64,000 nucleotides of DNA. Origin: Tolypothrix carrinoi HA7290-LM1. Lineage in GTDB: Bacteria > Cyanobacteriota > Cyanobacteriia > Cyanobacteriales > Nostocaceae. The notes beneath the pieces are model-generated. The model was not told the origin of the DNA, ran no database searches, and was given only the letters and a program-made list of their open reading frames with translations. This document shows positions 18,522-29,385 of the stretch, in pieces. The translations under genes were made by a program, and so were the position numbers. Location of the stretch: positions 1-64,000 of the forward strand of contig JAHHIK010000035.1 in the NCBI GenBank assembly GCA_019358935.1, written 5' to 3'. The stretch's first letter is position 1; each line of letters begins with the position of its first letter.

Positions 18522-18818
18522 TTCAACCTCTATTATGTGTGACTGGGGATTAGGGACGCTTGGACGCTTGGATTAGGAATAAATGAAAAGTATAAATTCC
18601 TAAATTTAGAAGTGGCTATTTACCAATACCTAATGTTGCACCTCGCGCTTTGGGTAAATTGTACAAAAACGTCGGCAAATAAACTTTTTATTAATGTCAG
18701 TTTTTGTAGATTCAAAAACTATGAAATGCTGTATTAACTCTCTTATACGCCGTTTGTCAAAAACACCTTGAATTAACACTTCTAGCTCAGTTGCGCCCGA
18801 GTCGGGAAAGTCTTCGCC

Positions 18819-18932
18819 CTCCGGGTTCGGCAGTTTGCTTATGCCGGGGAACCCGTCCACCCTTACGGGTTCGCCACTCCCTACAACGGGGGGAACCCCC
18901 GCAACGGGGTGGCTCACCGCAACTGCCTCACC
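18819..18932 (-). repeat. Two nested 57-bp palindromic dispersed repeats (inner one 18862-18918)
   Basis: Both begin GGTGAG and end GAACCCGNAG on the minus strand; the total of 114 bp keeps the frame. Confidence 0.75.
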
Positions 18933-19030
18933 ATCAATTGTGCGCCAGGGTAAAAACTCTTGCCAATCCGATGTTAATGTACCGATTCGCGCTCGATTTC
19001 CGCAATTAATGACTAGGAATGTATTGTATT

Positions 19031-19228
19031 GAAGAAAGGCAGAGGGCAGGAGGCAGCTATGCTGAAGGAGCAGTCGGATGGGGATTCAAACCCCAACCGA
19101 TTGAATCCACCGTGTAGACGGTGGGGTTTTATACCCAGTTGGCTCCAGCCAGAAGGCTGAATCAAAGACATAATTTATACCTTCTGCCCTCTGCCCTCTG
19201 CCTTCTGCCTTCCGCCGAAGGCGGATAA
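19031..19228. mobile_element. About 200-bp MITE-like insert with AGGCAGA heptamer inverted ends
   Basis: AGGCAGAGGGCAG at the left and CTGCCCTCTGCCTTC repeats at the right; interrupts the hsdR-like frame. Boundaries are approximate. Confidence 0.65.
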
Positions 19229-19994
19229 AATAGCTTTTGTATCTGTTGAATGTAGGTTTGAATTCGTTCATAACCTGCTTTAAACGTGGCTTGTTCATCA
19301 CTTGGATGAATCGATATAATCACTGCTAAAGGTAAGCCATTGATAAAAACAACCACATCAGGACAATGAGCATGACTACCCTCAACAACAGTAAAAGGAT
19401 GAATAACTAGCCAATCATTATTCAGTAGATTATCCGAATCAATTAGCCACACTTTGTCATGAACTATTTGTTCATTCAAGAGGTATTCAACTTCAATACC
19501 ATCAGTTAAGAATTGATGAAAACGTCGGTTATTTTCCAGTAGGTTGGAATCTGTGGTAGTAATTTGATTGATAGCGGTGGCGATCGCTTCATCTGGTAAA
19601 GTCGGATTAATCCTTTTTAAAGCGCTATATACGCGATCGCGCAAAATCACTTCACTATAACTACTGCGCCCTATGCGATACTTAAGAGAGGCAATGTCTG
19701 ACTCTAACAGAACTGTGTAGCCAATGACCTCGAACCAGGTGAGCAAAGATGGTGCTGCAACTGATTGTCCCAAGTCAAAGCGACGGCGAAGCTTAAGAGT
19801 GATACTACTCGTCACAGTTGCTCTTTTTGGCTGTGCTGGATTCATATCTAGTAGAAGACGTAATTTTCAGTCAATGCAGAAGCGATCGCGCTCTGGCTTG
19901 CTAGCATTGGTTGGTATATTTCCAAAGCGTATACGGCTTGCCATAACTATCAAAGCTGAAATTACTCCACAAAATTGTATCCGTTGATGCATAT

Positions 19995-20011
19995 TACCAA
20001 ATAGGTTGGTA
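19995..20011. promoter_or_regulatory. Perfect TACCAA-N5-TTGGTA palindrome (best copy of the island-wide motif)
   Basis: TTACCAAATAGGTTGGTAA, 150 bp upstream of the hsdR-like gene. Confidence 0.6.
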
Positions 20012-20067
20012 AAATTATTAAATGATTGAGGATTGGGAGTGTTGCGGAAGATTTGCGAATGAAGGAG

Positions 20068-20331
20068 TCAGGAAACAGCATTTCCTTTTCCTGGCTTTTG
20101 ATTTCTGTTTCTCTCCAACAAATAAGCGAGTTGAACGTAACTTCTTTGTATGAGCAGCAAAACTATTGCAATCAGTAGTTTGATTAGTACAGGTGCAAAA
20201 ATCAGACTTAAACTTAGGAAGAACAAAGCAATCAATACAGCTATCGGCTGCTCTATTTTATCCGCGATAGTTGTACTGATATAAACATAAATTATCGCGC
20301 TCACCAAAGCAATTAATGAGAATACAAACAT
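20068..20331 (-). CDS. Small membrane protein
   Basis: 87 aa with 2-3 hydrophobic segments. Confidence 0.6.
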   Translation of the reverse strand: MFVFSLIALVSAIIYVYISTTIADKIEQPIAVLIALFFLSLSLIFAPVLIKLLIAIVLLLIQRSYVQLAYLLERNRNQKPGKGNAVS

Positions 20332-20447
20332 GACAATTACTGTTATAATTTTGGTTTTAATTAGAAGTTATAAGTAGTAAAAAGAGTCTCGACAAAAACT
20401 CATAATTCCGCACCTCCCGTACAGACGTTCCGGCGGAACGTCTCTAC

Positions 20448-21134
20448 CTAACTCCTAACTATTGTACCATTTGCCGTAATGGCTGTTGATGAATCTTCTA
20501 TGTGACCATTTAATGAGCCAGAAAGGTCAGGTACAACAACGGGAATAAGTCCAAAGTTGGTAACAATCTCTTTGATTTCCTGTATATCCCCTGGCGTGAA
20601 AGCAGAACTTGCCAAAATCGTGATTTGTCTGGGACAAGCATCTAAATCATCACTTTTTTGGGGAATCTCCTTAACTATACTTTCGACAGCAGCAGCAAAG
20701 CCATCTTGCAATGCACCTTTAAAATCAGGTGTAGAGACAACCACAATCGGTAGATAATCTAATTCTGGGTGACGGTAGCGAATTTCCTTGACAAAACGCC
20801 CCATATCATCTCCTCTGGTTTCCATCAATCCAGTCGTGCATAAACCGATAATTTCTGGCTTGCACTTCTGCACCAAAGTGAGGATTGCTTCTTCAACATT
20901 CTCCTCCCCACCTAGAACCGTCGCAACTTCTGTCATCGCTGTTGTGGAAAGGGGAATACTGCAACGGAAATGCCGCGCTAATACAACTTTAGCTAAGGCA
21001 GTACAGCCTTGGGAACCGTGTAATAAAGGCATTATTCCCTTCAATCCTAAAAAAGCTAAAGCTGCACCCAAAGTTTGGCTTTGCTTGAGGGGATTAACTG
21101 CAACTGACGTGCTGGTAACGCTAAGAATTGCCAT
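20448..21134 (-). pseudogene. nifN: NifN, N-terminal half only (228 aa)
   Basis: VNPLKQSQTLGAALAFLG, LHGSQGC, PLSTTAMTE. Stops after TANGT, beside a REP-like hairpin at 20419-20447. Confidence 0.85.
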
Positions 21135-21136
21135 TT

Positions 21137-22486
21137 TTATACCTCTGCATTCCAAGGAGCGGGCTGACGTACTTCTGACCATACAGGATTGTAAAAAGCT
21201 GCATACAGTTCTTTTGCTACCTCTAATATGCCCAGATAGCCTGCATAGGGATGGTTGCGTTCGATGTTAATGTTGAGGAAAGGAATCTTAGCTGTTAGCG
21301 CAGTGTCTTGAAAGCGATCGCCTGCAATCAACATATCAGCTTGATTTTCATTAATTATTTGTAGCATTTCTTCAGGACTATCTTGTTGGATGATGCTGTC
21401 CTCACCCAGCAAACTTTTGATTCTAGCTGTTTCTGACTCAGTACTGTTGAGAGTACTAGTAGCAATAACTTTCATCCCCAACTTCTGAGCCGCAAAGATA
21501 ATCAACCAACTCTTAAAACTTCCGGTATAAAGGACAACGCGCTTACCTTGTAATTGGCTACGATAAACAGCAAGTTTCTCATCTAATGCGGCAGTTTCTT
21601 CAGCAATTAGCTTTTCTGTACGTTCTTGTAAATCTGCATCACCCAATTTCGCGGCAATATTTCGCAGACATTGATTGATTTGCTCTACACCATAGATAGA
21701 CTCTTCAATGTAGGGAATACCATAGCGTTTCTGCATCCAAGATGCCATACTGGTTAATGCTTTAGCCCAAAGCACTACGTTGAGCTTGGCACGATGAGCG
21801 TAACAAATTTCCTTATAGCGAGCATCGCCGGTAATTTTTGCCAAAACTCGGATACCTAATTTCTCCAAAAGCGGTAAAACGTTCCACATTGCACCCGCGA
21901 TGTTATATTCACCAATCAAATTGATGTCTAATGGTGTAGTAAAATCAGGTTCAGCCGTGCCGATAACGTGTTCTAGTAAAGCTTCACCAGCAACGCGGTT
22001 GCCCATACTTTGACTACCAATAAATCCTGGGCAATGTACGGGGATAGCAGGTATTCCTGTTTGCTCGGTGGCATCTTTGCAGCAGGCTTCAATGTCATCA
22101 CCAATCATGGCAGTGATACAGGTAGAGTAGACAAATACCGCAGCAGGTTTGTAGCGTCTTTGCAATTCTATAATGCCTTTGTAGAGCTTTTTGGCTCCAC
22201 CAAAGATGATATCGCTTTCTTCTATTTCACTGGTAAAGCGAATCTTGTACAATGTTGAACCACTTGTAAGACTGCCATAACTTCCCCACATACTTGCAGC
22301 ACAGCCACTCGGTCCGTGGACTACATGAGCAGCATCCACTATTGGTAGGAGGGTAATCATTGCGCTATCAAAAGCACAACCACCTTGAGCGGTTCCAGGT
22401 TGGGGTAGTGTAGACTTTTTCTTTTGCGGATTATCTTTGCATCCGGGGGTAAGAGAATCGTTGATTTGTCCTGAGGTTGGTTTCAT
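21137..22486 (-). CDS. nifE: Divergent NifE (FeMo-cofactor scaffold alpha subunit)
   Basis: QGGCAFD, HVVHGPSGC, FVYSTC, INLIGEYNIAG, LYTGSFKSW, HPYAGYLG. Confidence 0.9.
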   Translation of the reverse strand: MKPTSGQINDSLTPGCKDNPQKKKSTLPQPGTAQGGCAFDSAMITLLPIVDAAHVVHGPSGCAASMWGSYGSLTSGSTLYKIRFTSEIEESDIIFGGAKKLYKGIIELQRRYKPAAVFVYSTCITAMIGDDIEACCKDATEQTGIPAIPVHCPGFIGSQSMGNRVAGEALLEHVIGTAEPDFTTPLDINLIGEYNIAGAMWNVLPLLEKLGIRVLAKITGDARYKEICYAHRAKLNVVLWAKALTSMASWMQKRYGIPYIEESIYGVEQINQCLRNIAAKLGDADLQERTEKLIAEETAALDEKLAVYRSQLQGKRVVLYTGSFKSWLIIFAAQKLGMKVIATSTLNSTESETARIKSLLGEDSIIQQDSPEEMLQIINENQADMLIAGDRFQDTALTAKIPFLNINIERNHPYAGYLGILEVAKELYAAFYNPVWSEVRQPAPWNAEV

Positions 22487-22549
22487 GGGGATTAAAGTCT
22501 AGGGATTAGGAACTGGGAAAAGAGAGATTTTTATGTGTGGGTTATCCAT

Positions 22550-22744
22550 CTCAATACGGTTCGGTTAACCCTAGAAAATCCCCCCAACCCACGCCACTTT
22601 GCTCAAGTCGGGAAACCCTTCCTGTGCAAGTGGCTCCCCTTTTTAAGGGGGGCTATGTCTCTTAAAACCCCCTTTTTTAGGGGGTCGCCGCAGGCGGGGG
22701 GATCAGCAGCTAGGGAGAAAAAGTCTTATCCAAACCGTATTGAG
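22550..22744. mobile_element. 195-bp MITE
   Basis: TIRs CTCAATACGGTTCGGTTAA / TTATCCAAACCGTATTGAG; 8-bp direct repeat TTATCCAT at 22542 and 22745. Confidence 0.8.
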
Positions 22745-22898
22745 TTATCCATAAGAACGCAACGTATGTAATAAAAGGGAATGAGAAATTCTACCTCCCA
22801 TTCCCAAACAATCAACCAAAAATTAGGAGAACACAAAAAACTAAACTATTAGTTTTGCCGCGAGAACATTGACAGATTAATGAATCGCGCGGGAATAT

Positions 22899-22913
22899 CT
22901 ATGCATACTTCAT
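22899..22913 (-). other. Mini-ORF ATG-AAG-TAT-GCA-TAG (MKYA) with strong SD GGAGGTG in the nifH-nifE spacer
   Basis: Minus strand reads CTGGAGGTGTAAGAATGAAGTATGCATAG. Confidence 0.4.
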
Positions 22914-23138
22914 TCTTACACCTCCAGGTCGTTTCTACGATTCGCGAGAAGGTGGGTTTTTTAGCCCACCTGGTTGCTTAGGGGAGACCGCAAAAAAAAG
23001 ATACCAGCCGTGTTCTTAATTGCTCGTTGTGTGTCGTGGATCTGGATATGACGGACCGGATCTTTTTTCGATCTCATGTGCCTTACCCGTCTGAAGCAAC
23101 TTCTATTACTTCTTAAATAGAAGCAAAAGCTTTACTTG

Positions 23139-23227
23139 CAGGACTTACGCAAAAAATTGCCGAAAGCCTTATTTTCACGTAGCGGCAATTCATGAATTGC
23201 TGCACTGTCCGTTTTGCGTAAGTCATG
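23139..23227. mobile_element. CAGGACTTACGCA-ended MITE carrying a GTAG REP-like hairpin
   Basis: TIRs, 5-bp direct repeat ACTTG on both sides, internal GCAATTCATGAATTGC palindrome. Confidence 0.8.
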
Positions 23228-23238
23228 ACTTGTTTTAG

Positions 23239-24210
<972 letters not shown>

Positions 24211-24369
24211 TTATTCCTGCAATTTGTTTGGTGGGTCTTTTTGCATTTGTGCGATAGTCAAAAGCTATCGCTTGTAGAACATCGCACTCAAGGGAGGCGA
24301 TCGCTCTACAGCAAAAACTGTCGAAAGCCAATACATATTCTTGCTTTGAGTAAATTTTTGATTGTTAAT

Positions 24370-24495
24370 TGATAGTTGATAGTTGATAGTTGATAGTTGA
24401 TAGTTGATAGTTGCTAACCACTACCCACTAACCACTATCCACTAACCACTACCCACTACCCACTAACCACTAACCACTAACCCCTAACTCCTAAC
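24370..24495. repeat. STRR tracts (TGATAGT)n then (CCACTAA/C)n
   Basis: Perfect tandem 7-mers. Confidence 0.9.
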
Positions 24496-24497
24496 TT

Positions 24498-25628
24498 TTA
24501 TATCGTCGCTACAACATCCCCGGTTTTACTCGTGTCATAACCACCGAGAACTTCTAATTGAGAGTGAATCAAGCGATTTCCTAAAGTACCGAGTAACTGC
24601 TTTACTGGTGCTTCTTCTAAATATTCCTTGAGAATCACTAAATCGTATCTTGAGGAATGCAGAGGTACAAATCCCAGCCCAAAGGAAGCAGCTATAGATG
24701 CCGTACTGATGCCTGCGTTGGCAATACCTGATACTACGGCTTCGGCAACTTCTTGATGACTTTTAACGATATGGTCAAATCCTTTAACAGCGTGGAATGG
24801 TAGTTTTTCTTCTTGCAGTTTATGTTCCAAAAGCAAACGAGTACCAGCACCGAGTTCGCGGTTGACAATCATTGCTTTGGTGTCTACCAAGTCCGTTACT
24901 GTTTTAATTCCCATCGGATTACCAGACTCGACTAAGATTCCTTCTTCCCAAACACCAAGAGTAATTAAAACAGCTGCTCTTTCGGCTAGTAGTTCACGAA
25001 CAAAAGGAGTATTATGCTCTCCAGTTTCCGGATCGTATAGATGCATTCCGGCAATGTGAGCTTCACCTTTGCATAAACTATGCAATGCAGCCATGCTGTT
25101 GGCAAAGTTATGCTGAACTCGCAGTTGAGGATACCAGCGTTCCGTAGCTTGCGCCCATAATGAGAGTACAGGCGCACAGCCGACAATCACAACCGTGTTA
25201 TGGAGTTTGTCTATATCATCAAGAAGCCTAACCCGGACTGTGTTTGCATTTGAGAGGCTATTAATCTTACCATCAGCCGGAATCATCTCCAAGCGAAAAG
25301 CATCTTTCCCAACAAGAGGATATGCTATCCATTGCCCCCCAATCCGCGCTAGACTGACTGGCTGTTGTTGACTGCAAGAGATAGATTTGGCAAGAACTGC
25401 TTCAATTTCAAGTAGATCCTCCTCGAACCAGAATAGATCCGCGACTTGACAGCCAAGTACTTTGGCTAAACGAAGTGCGATCGCAACTGAAGGAGCATAC
25501 TGTCCTGACTCTACACCACTAATTGTCTGACGGGTAACTTTAGCTAGGTTAGCCAACTCTTGCTGACTCATACCTAAGCGAGTTCTCATTGACTTCAAGT
25601 TGTTACGGAGTTCACTATCCTGCTTCAT
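24498..25628 (-). CDS. XRE-HTH plus molybdate-binding PBP domain regulator (VnfR-like architecture)
   Basis: MSQQELANLAKVTRQTISGVESG HTH; GEAHIAGMHL and VNRELGAGTRLLL PBP motifs. Confidence 0.9.
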   Translation of the reverse strand: MKQDSELRNNLKSMRTRLGMSQQELANLAKVTRQTISGVESGQYAPSVAIALRLAKVLGCQVADLFWFEEDLLEIEAVLAKSISCSQQQPVSLARIGGQWIAYPLVGKDAFRLEMIPADGKINSLSNANTVRVRLLDDIDKLHNTVVIVGCAPVLSLWAQATERWYPQLRVQHNFANSMAALHSLCKGEAHIAGMHLYDPETGEHNTPFVRELLAERAAVLITLGVWEEGILVESGNPMGIKTVTDLVDTKAMIVNRELGAGTRLLLEHKLQEEKLPFHAVKGFDHIVKSHQEVAEAVVSGIANAGISTASIAASFGLGFVPLHSSRYDLVILKEYLEEAPVKQLLGTLGNRLIHSQLEVLGGYDTSKTGDVVATI

Positions 25629-25915
25629 TGGCTTCTCTATCTCTTGCGTTACAAAAAGCCGATCGCGGATTTACCTAATATAAGACATAGCAATATTCGA
25701 GGATAGTATATTTTACTTTGCCTCAAGATTACGACTGCTTTCGCCCTTTCGATTCCCTATATAAAAAGAATATCATACATTTTGCCAATTTGCTTGCGTC
25801 CTGACAAAAATTTTTGCGCTCTGACAAATTATATTATCTGCTGGTAATTAATACTCAAAGGCTTTTTAAATGGTCATACTCTGTTTTTATATGCCACGCT
25901 TTATTTACTATATTT

Positions 25916-26010
25916 CAGGACTTACGTAAAATTGTCTCAAAAGCCTGATTTTTCGTAGCGGTAATTCATGAATTACCGCTACGGGAGCATATTTTGTTGC
26001 GTAAGTCCTA
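25916..26010. mobile_element. CAGGACTTACG-ended MITE with REP-like hairpin
   Basis: 5-bp direct repeat TATTT; internal CGTAGCGGTAATTCATGAATTACCGCTACG. Confidence 0.82.
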
Positions 26011-26197
26011 TATTTATAGTCCGACTTCGACCTCTGAGCAGCAAAGTATCTAAAAACAGTTTATTTGGTATCGGAAGAATTAAAAAATTATTATTTTCTT
26101 GTCAGGGGAAATATATTTTCAGTAAAATAACTGAAGAAAACTATTTTTACTCGTGCTATATTTAACTGTGCTGAAATCAATAAAAGAAAATCAGGGT

Positions 26198-26407
26198 ATG
26201 AAAGTTAGCGCTCGTAATGCTATCAAAGGTACAGTTAAAACAGTTGTGCCTGGAGCAGTCAATACAGAAATAACCTTAGAAATTGCGCCAGGAATAGAAG
26301 TGACTGCAATAATCACAAAAATCTCAGCGGAAGAACTGAAAATTTCTGAGGGAAAGATGGCATACGCGGTAATTAAATCATCTGATGTGTTACTTGCTGT
26401 AGATTAA
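26198..26407 (+). CDS. mop: Molybdenum-pterin-binding (TOBE/Mop) protein
   Basis: MKVSARNAIKGTV...AVIKSSDV, 69 aa. Confidence 0.93.
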   Translation: MKVSARNAIKGTVKTVVPGAVNTEITLEIAPGIEVTAIITKISAEELKISEGKMAYAVIKSSDVLLAVD

Positions 26408-26426
26408 AAGATTAAGTGTCTAGAAA

Positions 26427-26464
26427 AATAAGCGGCTTGCTTATCGGGAGCAAGCCGCTTATTT
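26427..26464. terminator. Bidirectional hairpin terminator between mop and the porin gene
   Basis: AATAAGCGGCTTGCT-loop-AGCAAGCCGCTTATT. Confidence 0.7.
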
Positions 26465-26585
26465 GTGTTTAAATTCGGAATATAACAATCAATAAAAACC
26501 CTCCCCAGTAACGAGGAAGGCTTATTGGTGTGAATGATAAAATTGAGCCTACTATGAAGGAGTGCAAATATAAAGGAAGAATTAT

Positions 26586-28490
26586 CTAAAACCTGAATGT
26601 AGAGCGGATAATTCCCTCATATATAGTGTCATTGTTGCTATTGTGTTCTGGGTTAAAGATGACTATTAATCCTGGCGTAATTGAGAGATTGCTATTAACT
26701 TGATAGCGATACAGTGCTTCCAAATGATAGGAAGTATCGCTGTCTGTACGACGGTCAACTATTCGATTTGTAGCTGTAGGGGTGAAGGTACTCGGACCAT
26801 AGTCATTACTTGTTACTTTGGGCGGTTGACCAAAAATAATACCAGCCAAGTTGCCTTTTTTACCCAAATCGGGGAAACCAAGAGTTACAGCCCAGTTCCA
26901 AATATCGGCTTTGTCACCTCTGTTAACATTATTTCTTGCAGGGTTATTACCTGAAGCTATTTCCGCAGTTGCTTGAGTATATCCAACCCAACCAGAAAGG
27001 ACGAATTTAGGGTTAAAGCGATAGCTAGTTTGTAAACCGTAATGATTGGCAGAGGTGGCAATATTGTTACCAAAGGGAGTAGCTGCAAAAGCACTACCTT
27101 CAGAACCAGAAACGTTTACATCACCAGTTACAACACCATTGACAACACCGCTGAAGTAAGAGTGCGCGTAAGTTAAAGCGATGGTCGCATCTTTGTTTGG
27201 TTGGATAGCTAATTGCGTTAAAGCTCCATAACTACCATCAAATAAACCTCTATTAATACCGGGTTCATTACCATTGCGAGCCAAATAACCCGCAGACAAG
27301 GTAAATGTGTCGTTCAATTTGAGTACCGCACTTACCCCAGAACCTAGACCAACAGCAAGACCTGTGTTGCTTGCTCGGTAGATGGGTGAAAATCGACCAA
27401 AGCGGGAGAGTGCGCCTGTTGGTGCGGCGGCAAACAAGGGATTAAGAGTGTTAAAGTTATCGAAGAACGACCCACCAATAGCATCAACGGTGACACTGAG
27501 CCGATCGCCGACTGGAAAGTTGTAGAATATTTTCCCTATATCTATTGTATTTTCCTGCCGAACTGTGGTGTCATAACTCAAGCGAGTCATGTTTGTGCCA
27601 GTAACTGGCGAGTTAAAAGGAATGGTGTTATTTGCTTTGAGAAGAATTCGCAAGCGATCTTTGCCGAAGAAGCTGGAATCGAAGATTAAACGAACGCGAT
27701 CGCTAAAAACTGCATTATCTTGCAACTTGGAACCCGATGGACCATAAGCACTCGCTCTGGCTGTATTCCTCTGTGCTGCGGTGATACTAGGATTATTAAT
27801 TTCATTCAACTGGTCGGAGTTGAGCGCTCTGTCTCCACCAAACACACTCCCAACACTAAAAATTGCATCTCCAGTCAAGTTGGTAGTCGCGGAAAATTGC
27901 TGACTTTCCACAACTGCTATACGCGCTTCTAAAGGGTCTATCCGTCCTCGCAGTTCCGTTAACCCATCAGCATACTCTTGTTGCAGTCTTTGCAGAGTTC
28001 CCAAATCTTCTTTAGTAACCAGGTCAGCCGTACTTGTGGCAATCAGTTCTTGAACCCGATTCAAACAAGCATTCAAACCAGCAGCGAACTCATAGCGAGT
28101 CATTGCCCGATTGCCTCTAAAAGTACCGTTTGGGTAGCCGGCAATGCAACTATAGCGTTCAACCAATGATTGTAAAGCTTGGAATGCCCAATCTGTTGGT
28201 TGCACATCCGAAAGTTGCGAGACTGAAGTCACCTGATCCATTATGTATGGATCTTGATTGCTTTCGTCATTGATTTGCCGATTCTCTGCCGATGAAATAT
28301 CCTTAACAGGTACTATTGGTGTTTCCGAAACAAAATTATTTTCTGTCTGCAACTGAGTGAGTTGAGTATTCAATTCCACATCGGTAGTAGCTTCTCGCAC
28401 TGTATTTGCTGATGCTGTTTGTGCTGTGACAACACTAGCAAATAACAGTATTGGAGCTATCCACAAAGATAACGCAAGAAAACTAGACAT
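26586..28490 (-). CDS. SLH-domain/OprB-type cyanobacterial outer-membrane porin
   Basis: QVTSVSQLSDVQPTDWAFQALQSLVERY SLH motif; C-terminal RSTFRF. Confidence 0.93.
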   Translation of the reverse strand: MSSFLALSLWIAPILLFASVVTAQTASANTVREATTDVELNTQLTQLQTENNFVSETPIVPVKDISSAENRQINDESNQDPYIMDQVTSVSQLSDVQPTDWAFQALQSLVERYSCIAGYPNGTFRGNRAMTRYEFAAGLNACLNRVQELIATSTADLVTKEDLGTLQRLQQEYADGLTELRGRIDPLEARIAVVESQQFSATTNLTGDAIFSVGSVFGGDRALNSDQLNEINNPSITAAQRNTARASAYGPSGSKLQDNAVFSDRVRLIFDSSFFGKDRLRILLKANNTIPFNSPVTGTNMTRLSYDTTVRQENTIDIGKIFYNFPVGDRLSVTVDAIGGSFFDNFNTLNPLFAAAPTGALSRFGRFSPIYRASNTGLAVGLGSGVSAVLKLNDTFTLSAGYLARNGNEPGINRGLFDGSYGALTQLAIQPNKDATIALTYAHSYFSGVVNGVVTGDVNVSGSEGSAFAATPFGNNIATSANHYGLQTSYRFNPKFVLSGWVGYTQATAEIASGNNPARNNVNRGDKADIWNWAVTLGFPDLGKKGNLAGIIFGQPPKVTSNDYGPSTFTPTATNRIVDRRTDSDTSYHLEALYRYQVNSNLSITPGLIVIFNPEHNSNNDTIYEGIIRSTFRF

Positions 28491-28530
28491 TTACCTCACA
28501 CCTCTATACCAATTTAATTGATACTGTAAA

Positions 28531-28558
28531 ATCATACTACCAATTAAGTCGGTGTCAA
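28531..28558 (-). promoter_or_regulatory. Candidate porin promoter TTGACA-N16-TATGAT
   Basis: Direct read on the minus strand, about 40 bp upstream of the ATG; contains a TACCAA-N5-TCGGTG motif copy. Confidence 0.5.
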
Positions 28559-29385
28559 GTAGCAAATAGAAGCGCATCTCCCAATCACAAATCAATTCTT
28601 TTTAATTAATCTGCTTGAGGGTTTGGGGTAATACCAAGTTCTTTCTTGGCACGTTTTAACTATTTCGGTGAGAATCTTAAGTTCCCTGTACGCTTCTTTT
28701 GAAAGTTTGCCACCTGGAAAGTAGGTTAGAAATGTATCCCACCCGACAAAGTGAAAACTCTTGTAAATTTGCATTAAAAACGAGATATTCTGGCTTGAAT
28801 TGTCCGTGATAAGAACTACGAGGATAAAGAAAATCCGTATCTATTAGCGATAAAATCAGATTCTTGCCGCATAATTAGTTGTAATCACTCTGCTTTACTA
28901 AGATGATGAAATTTTTCAACTAAGCAATTTATGCTCTTGTAAAAAATCTACGTGCCTTGCTTTAAAAGTTGCTTAGACTGAGCAATTTCACAGCAGTAAC
29001 CGACAAGCAAAGAGTAATAAGGTTCCACCAGTAATTACGTAACGTACTAGACATACACAGAAAAATTATATAGAATACTTCAACGGTAAACAATGTTGGT
29101 AAATAGTTTATACCAGTATTTTTGGTACTAAACCGTATCAAGGGTTACATATTTTCCATGCCGAAGTCAATAACTAAAGAAAACTGGTTAATATTACTAG
29201 CTTTAATATTTAACTAAAACGAATATGGTCAATCAGAAGTTTGCGCTCCTCTGATGTTTGAAATCAAGCCATCCTTGTTCTTTTCCGGGCATAATTTTAC
29301 CAATTTATGCGGTAAGTTATGATTATGTTGGTATTATTACTACCAAGGAGTAATTTTATGAAAAAATCTCACGATCGGGTTGACG

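Larger units (their letters stand above)
18630..19845 (-). pseudogene. Stand-alone HsdR N-terminal (type I restriction R subunit) domain gene disrupted by inserted repeats
   Basis: ENNRRFHQFLTDG, NNDWLVIHPFTV, PDVVVFINGLPL, then IQKLF / QYNTFLVI...WRTIDG / EDFP...VLIQGVFDK, split by inserts at about 19031-19228 and 18819-18932. Confidence 0.8.

Noticed and set aside
22535..22771. 78-aa ORF; likewise 30346-30585, 37066-37272, 42913-43125 and 56671-56946
   Set aside because: All lie within MITEs or STRR tracts.
23060..23105. glnA (glutamine) riboswitch suggested by CTGAAGCAAC
   Set aside because: Wrong strand for nifE, and the other conserved elements are missing.
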